DNA of 64,000 bases from Tubulanus polymorphus (Eukaryota > Animalia > Nemertea): assembly GCF_964204645.1 (NCBI RefSeq), contig NC_134034.1:11606962-11670961 (forward strand), in the 5' to 3' direction. The notes below the pieces were generated by a model, which was given only the letters and a program-made list of their open reading frames with translations, was not told where the DNA came from and searched no databases. Numbering within the stretch: the stretch's first letter is position 1; every line of letters begins with the position of its first letter. Made by a program: the position numbers and the translations under genes. This document shows positions 59,684 through 64,000 of the stretch, piece after piece.

Positions 59684-62600
59684 TATTGTATGGTTATTAT
59701 GTTATTTATTTGTAGCCGATTGATAATTCGACCGACTGCTCCCCCGCTGCAGTAGCTTACGTACAGGTATTAATATCATCGATGTTTCATCTCTCTCTAG
59801 TCTCTCTCTTACCCTCGTTTTTATTCACATTCCGTCCGGTTTGGTTGTGGTTCTTCTGAATTTTTCTATAATCGTTACCCCCGGTGATCAATTTGGAGAC
59901 CGGGATTTCGTCTATATTTTTTTCCGTCGTTCGATCTTTCGTTTACCGGATCAAAAACCAGCGGCGTAAGGTATCAGGAAATTCAACGGTTTTGGGTTGA
60001 AATATTGACACCAGGGGGCAGTTTTTGAAAAGTTTAAGGCTAATGATGATTGAAAAAAAAAACTTCAGTGTGTTGAATTACGGGAATACCACTTTAGTGT
60101 GTCTACACCGCGGTGCGGTGTACCGTTAGTTACTAATATTACACTATGCTTGACAGGTGCTGCCATCATTTATTAGGGATAAAAACTAATAGCATCAATA
60201 CAACACAATGCGGTGTACTAGCAAAATCCTTCACCGCTTAATACACCGCACTGAAAGGGTTAAGAGAGTGTTGTCATGTACATAGAGAAGTGATGAAATT
60301 TTTTGAGTGAATGCTCTTCAACGGCCCCCAAACCAGACCTTAACCCGACACACTTTTACGATACTTTCACCATCAAGAACATGAAAACATTTTAATGAAT
60401 GTTACTCGTAATGAATATTTGTGACGATGGCGTATCTTATTCCATGCAGCTCCGCACAGCCTTGACCTGTATTCGTCACATCAGACATTCAATGGATCAT
60501 TTCATTCCTGTAGTTCATGATTCTATGTTGATCTTGCAACGAGGCACGGATAATTAATACTGGTACTGTCAATCAATGCATGCTAGCCCCACCCCACAAC
60601 CCTCTCTCTCTATCCATCCTCTACGGTCATTTCCCGGTTAATCGACTGTCCTCTCTAAATGTTATTCGAATCAAAATTTCTTTCTTCGAGAAATTAAGGA
60701 CATTTTTGAATTCATCTAAAAATGTTAAGCAGATGAGGGTTTTTCGACGTATCGATTCAATAGAATATTGTGTGATGCGTGTTTTACAGGAACTCGTACG
60801 TCAGAATCAGTTGGCGTTAACGGCGTTCAGTAGCAGTTCAACGGGCAGTGAATTACTGAGGCAACAGATTATACACCTTACTAAACAGCTAGACGAATGG
60901 AAATCAAAATACAAGTAAGCAATATACATTATCAGTGTTTTCCGACCACGCCTTTCATTCATTTTACATCCATCAATGTCAATATTCTATCAATGCTGAT
61001 AACTGCTTTGAAATATATTGAGCTAATGTGAATAAAAGAAGATTACCCCAAAAATGTTCTGTATTTTTTGGGGGAATTGAAAGCCTCGCTATTTCAGCAG
61101 CTGCGATGTTGTACACTTAACAATGCATGCAGCCCTTTAAGAAATTTGTAAAACAAAACTATTTCATCAGTCCATTCGTGTTAGCTTAATAACCAAATAC
61201 AAGTAAGCAATATACATTATTAGTGTGGACAGGTTTAAGAGGGGCGGCTCCATCCATTTCTTTTTTACATCCACCCTTCTGAAAATCAGCCACCCCTTAT
61301 AAGATATTTGCTACCGCCACCGGAGTGGATGTCAATATTCTACGAATTCTGATAACTGCTTTGAAATATATTGAGCGAAAAATGTGAAAAATACGAGATT
61401 ACTCCGAAATTAAGCTTCGATTTTCTGTATTTTTTGGGGAATTGAAAGCCTCGCGACTTCATCTGTAAACTGCGATACAATCTTTCATCATAAGTTCGTC
61501 GGTCTGTGACGTTTAGCTTTAAAAAAGTAATGGCTGACCGGACGAAGCTCGGCGGAAATGAGAAACAAGATTTCTATTTTTTTAGAGCCTTACGCGAAGT
61601 TTTCAAAGTCTTATCGTCTATAATTTATTATTTACTATATTAAATTTTTTGTTGAAAATCGATGACTCTGCCCGTAAATATAATGTATATGTATTATAGC
61701 GATGATTATAAGTAAAATAAAATCTAAATCTAAAATCTAATGATGTAATTGATTTTGAATTCAGATTGGATATCGCTGAACTGTCGGGCAATAAAGAGAT
61801 GGTACTGAACAAACTGGACGCGCCGTTGCTACAGTTACGACCGACGGTGAACGATGACGGCGAAGAATTAAACGAAACTCAACAATTAGAATTGTACAAC
61901 ATGAATCTACAGGCTCACATTTCGCAGCAGAACGCCGAAATAGCTCAATTGAAGATTAAAGATCGAGACTTCGTTCAAAGGGTAACGATCCCCATCGATA
62001 TCTAGATGAGGAGAGAATCGCACAATGATAATGAAAAGTCCGAAAATGAAACTTCGAGATAGTAGTTTATTTCAACGTTTCGACTATATTTTAATAGTCA
62101 TCGTCAAGAATAAATCATTATTCCTGAAGATGACTATTAGAATATAGTCGAAACGTTGAATAAACTACACTAGTTTAAGGAATACAGTATTCCTGAAGAT
62201 GACTATTAGGATATAGTCGAAACGTTGAATAAACTACACTAGTTCAAGGAATACAGTATTCCTGAAGATGACTATTAGGATATAGTCGAAACGTTGAATA
62301 AACTACACTAGCTCAAGGAATACAGTATTCCTGAAGATGACTATTAGGATATTGTCGAAACGTTGAATAAACTACACTAGCTCAAGGAATACAGTATTCC
62401 TGAAGATGACTATTAGGATATAGTCGAAACGTTGAATAAACTACACTAGTTCAAGGAATACAGTATTCCTGAAGATGACTATTAGGATATAGTCGAAACG
62501 TTGAATAAACTACACTAGCTCAAGGAATACAGTATTCCTGAAGATGACTATTAGGATATAGTCGAAACGTTGAAATAAACTACTATCTCGAAGTTTCATT

Positions 62601-64000
62601 TTCGGACTTTTCATCATCATTGTGCGATTCTCTCCTCATCGCGTCAACACGGATATAGTGTTCTACCAATCGTGATCGATATCTAGACCCTACGACCCCT
62701 TTCAGGATGGCCACTGACCTGGAACACTCAGGGAATCGGAAAAATCGAGAAAAAAATCTGGGGGAAAATTTTACCAAAAAAACTGAAGAACTAAGGGAAT
62801 TTGGATAATGCTATTTCACTCAGGGAATTTGGGTAATCGCATGGAAAAATTAGGCAAAACATGGGAGATTTGACAAATTTTTACCAAAAACCTGGAAAAC
62901 TCAGGAAATTTAGATAATGCTATCGACCACGTGTTTGTTAATCAGTGCGTGATTCAATTAAAGATGAATGAATCGTAACGTTTTGAGCCTAGAAATTTCG
63001 TCGAATCTCTGGAGGGGAATTTTGTGATTCACATGGTTAAATCAGTAATAATTCAAGGGATTTGTAAATGGGCTGAAAGTGGTCACCCTGGCTTCGAATT
63101 GATATACATGTATGGTTATAATCGACTCCGTTTTCAGATGGAAATGATGCAAGCTCGGTTGAATTGTTACGAAAGAGGTGAAACGCCGCCACCTAGCCCG
63201 TGTAACATGAACCATTCTGGTATAAACAACTCATCGTCAGTCGGTGGCGGTCTGTTGTGTGAAGCCACTGAATATGAGGTATGTTTCGCCTAAAACTGAC
63301 CCAAATTAAGTGCTGGAGATAATTTGAAAATTTTGAAATATCCCACCCCAGTATGTTCAATAACGGATATACCGGGTACTGCTATAGTGCGTCTGCACCG
63401 CAGTATTATTTCATCAGTTCATATTCATCGCTTAAAAGGATTTGTTTTTGTCGTTATTTCAGTATTTAAAGAACATTCTTTATCAGTACATGCTCGGCAA
63501 AGAAACAAAAGTAAGTTGTGTATCTCAACTGGCCCCTTGTATCCTAGACCCAGTTCCGCAGTTGCAACATCAGAATTGAACTCATTCTGAACTGTTAACC
63601 CTTTCAGTGCTGGCTAATTAATACCCTATAGTGCTGAAGATAATTTGAAAATTCTGAAAAATTCCACCCTAGTGTTGAATAACGGGAATACCACTATAGT
63701 GCGTCTACACCACAGTGCGGTGTATCGTTAGTTACTAATATTTCACTATGTTTGACAGGTGCTGCCATCTTTCAAGAGAGATAATTAGTAATTACTAATT
63801 AAATCAATACACCGCAGTGCGGTGTACTAGCAAAATCCATCACTGATTCATACACCGCACTGCGGTGTAGACGCACTGAAAGGGTTTTAAAGAGTCGGAT
63901 TTAATCAATAGTTCATAGCTGAGTTTGTGTTTTCGTATTAAGTGACTGATTTGATTTGTATTACAGGTTTTAGCGCGAGTTCTATGCACAATAATGCGAT
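42055..64000 (+). CDS. GOLGA4: Golgin subfamily A member 4 (golgin-245), coiled-coil plus C-terminal GRIP domain; truncated by the window end
   Basis: Starts MFKKLRQKIE, the golgin-245/97 N-terminal motif. Exons: 42055-42138, 42613-42666, (43660-43677), 44729-44779, 45033-45210, 45674-45861, 46716-46919, 47435-47575, 47703-47831, 48405-48639, 49421-49599, 49748-49822, 50045-50203, 50292-50435, 50993-56288, 57177-57307, 58026-58244, (59716-59766), 60790-60914, 61765-61981, 63138-63278, 63463-63510, 63967-end. Conserved ALAMSQDKQFRRISELKEQTQLDQLAK segment; GRIP domain EATEYEYLKNILYQYMLGKETKVLARVLCTIMR. Confidence 0.9.
45888..46164. mobile_element. piggyBac-like MITE family G (TTAA-CCCTTTCAG termini)
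   Basis: TTAA followed by CCCTTTCAG. A full inverted copy is at 63599-63884 (TIR CCCTTTCAGTGC/GCACTGAAAGGG). Partial copies at ~60065-60259, ~33263-33306 and ~16300-16330 have TTAA at the retained end. Confidence 0.8.
48681..49270. repeat. 54-bp tandem repeat x~11 containing copies of the upstream splice donor
   Basis: Unit CTCAGTGAGTTATATTAGATACACTCTTAACTACAATGTACTAAAACTGTTAAA. Confidence 0.92.
50455..50840. repeat. ~35-39-bp tandem repeat (GGTCTTACCCTCCTTGATATTTGATTGGTTCTTA)
   Basis: About 10 degenerate copies. Confidence 0.85.
57708..57943. mobile_element. MITE with GCCCATCCCAAAATAAT..TCTGTTTGC.GTAAC TIRs
   Basis: ~40-bp inverted termini. Confidence 0.7.
58461..58598. mobile_element. 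MITE family A copy (inverted)
   Basis: Same orientation and near-identical to 9882-10019; flanks are CAG and CTG. Confidence 0.85.
62007..62674 (+). mobile_element. Penelope-like (PLE) derived palindromic insertion with tandem minimal hammerhead motifs
   Basis: Direct repeat ATCGATATCTAGA at 61994-62006 and 62675-62687 (TSD-like). Inverted arms of ~105 bp (62005-62112 versus ~62533-62640). The interior is 7 x 69-bp units. Confidence 0.75.
62119..62577 (+). ncRNA. Array of 7 minimal type I hammerhead ribozyme motifs (69-nt period)
   Basis: Each unit reads UAUUC-CUGAAGA-U-GACUAU(loop)AUAGUC-GAAAC-GUU-GAAUA. CUGAAGA starts at 62124, 62193, 62262, 62331, 62400, 62469 and 62538. Confidence 0.72.
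63599..63884. mobile_element. piggyBac-like MITE family G, full copy
   Basis: TTAA-CCCTTTCAGTGC...GCACTGAAAGGG. Confidence 0.8.

Noticed and set aside
62119-62577. CRISPR-like array
   Set aside because: The units are near-identical with no unique spacers, there are no cas genes, and the context is a eukaryotic intron.

Overview
Eukaryotic (metazoan, probably marine invertebrate) gene-dense genomic DNA, not prokaryotic. I assembled spliced gene models by hand from GT-AG sites and reading-frame continuity. In order, the genes are: the first coding exon of an integrin alpha (-); a 13-exon ceramide kinase-like gene, CERKL-type (-, ~830 aa); an intronless RFC5 (+); a 20-exon ANKAR (-, ~1460 aa) with an intronless class A GPCR nested antisense in intron 11; an orphan 175-aa secreted helical-repeat protein (+); and golgin-245/GOLGA4 (+, with a 5.3-kb exon, running off the window inside the GRIP domain). 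Introns are packed with short TIR elements (Harbinger-like with CWG TSDs, piggyBac-like with TTAA), ~500-bp foldback elements, and satellites amplified from MITE parts or from 5' splice sites. The most striking observation is a TSD-flanked palindromic insertion in a GOLGA4 intron (62007-62674). It carries seven tandem 69-bp units, each a minimal Penelope-type hammerhead ribozyme motif, plus an antisense copy, and degenerate relatives occur in CERKL introns. Also notable are a possible ancient integrin-CERKL-ANKAR-GOLGA4 linkage echoing human 2q31-32/3p22, a tandem array of CTCF-like motifs, and candidate micro/cassette exons. All calls are by eye; no searches were run.
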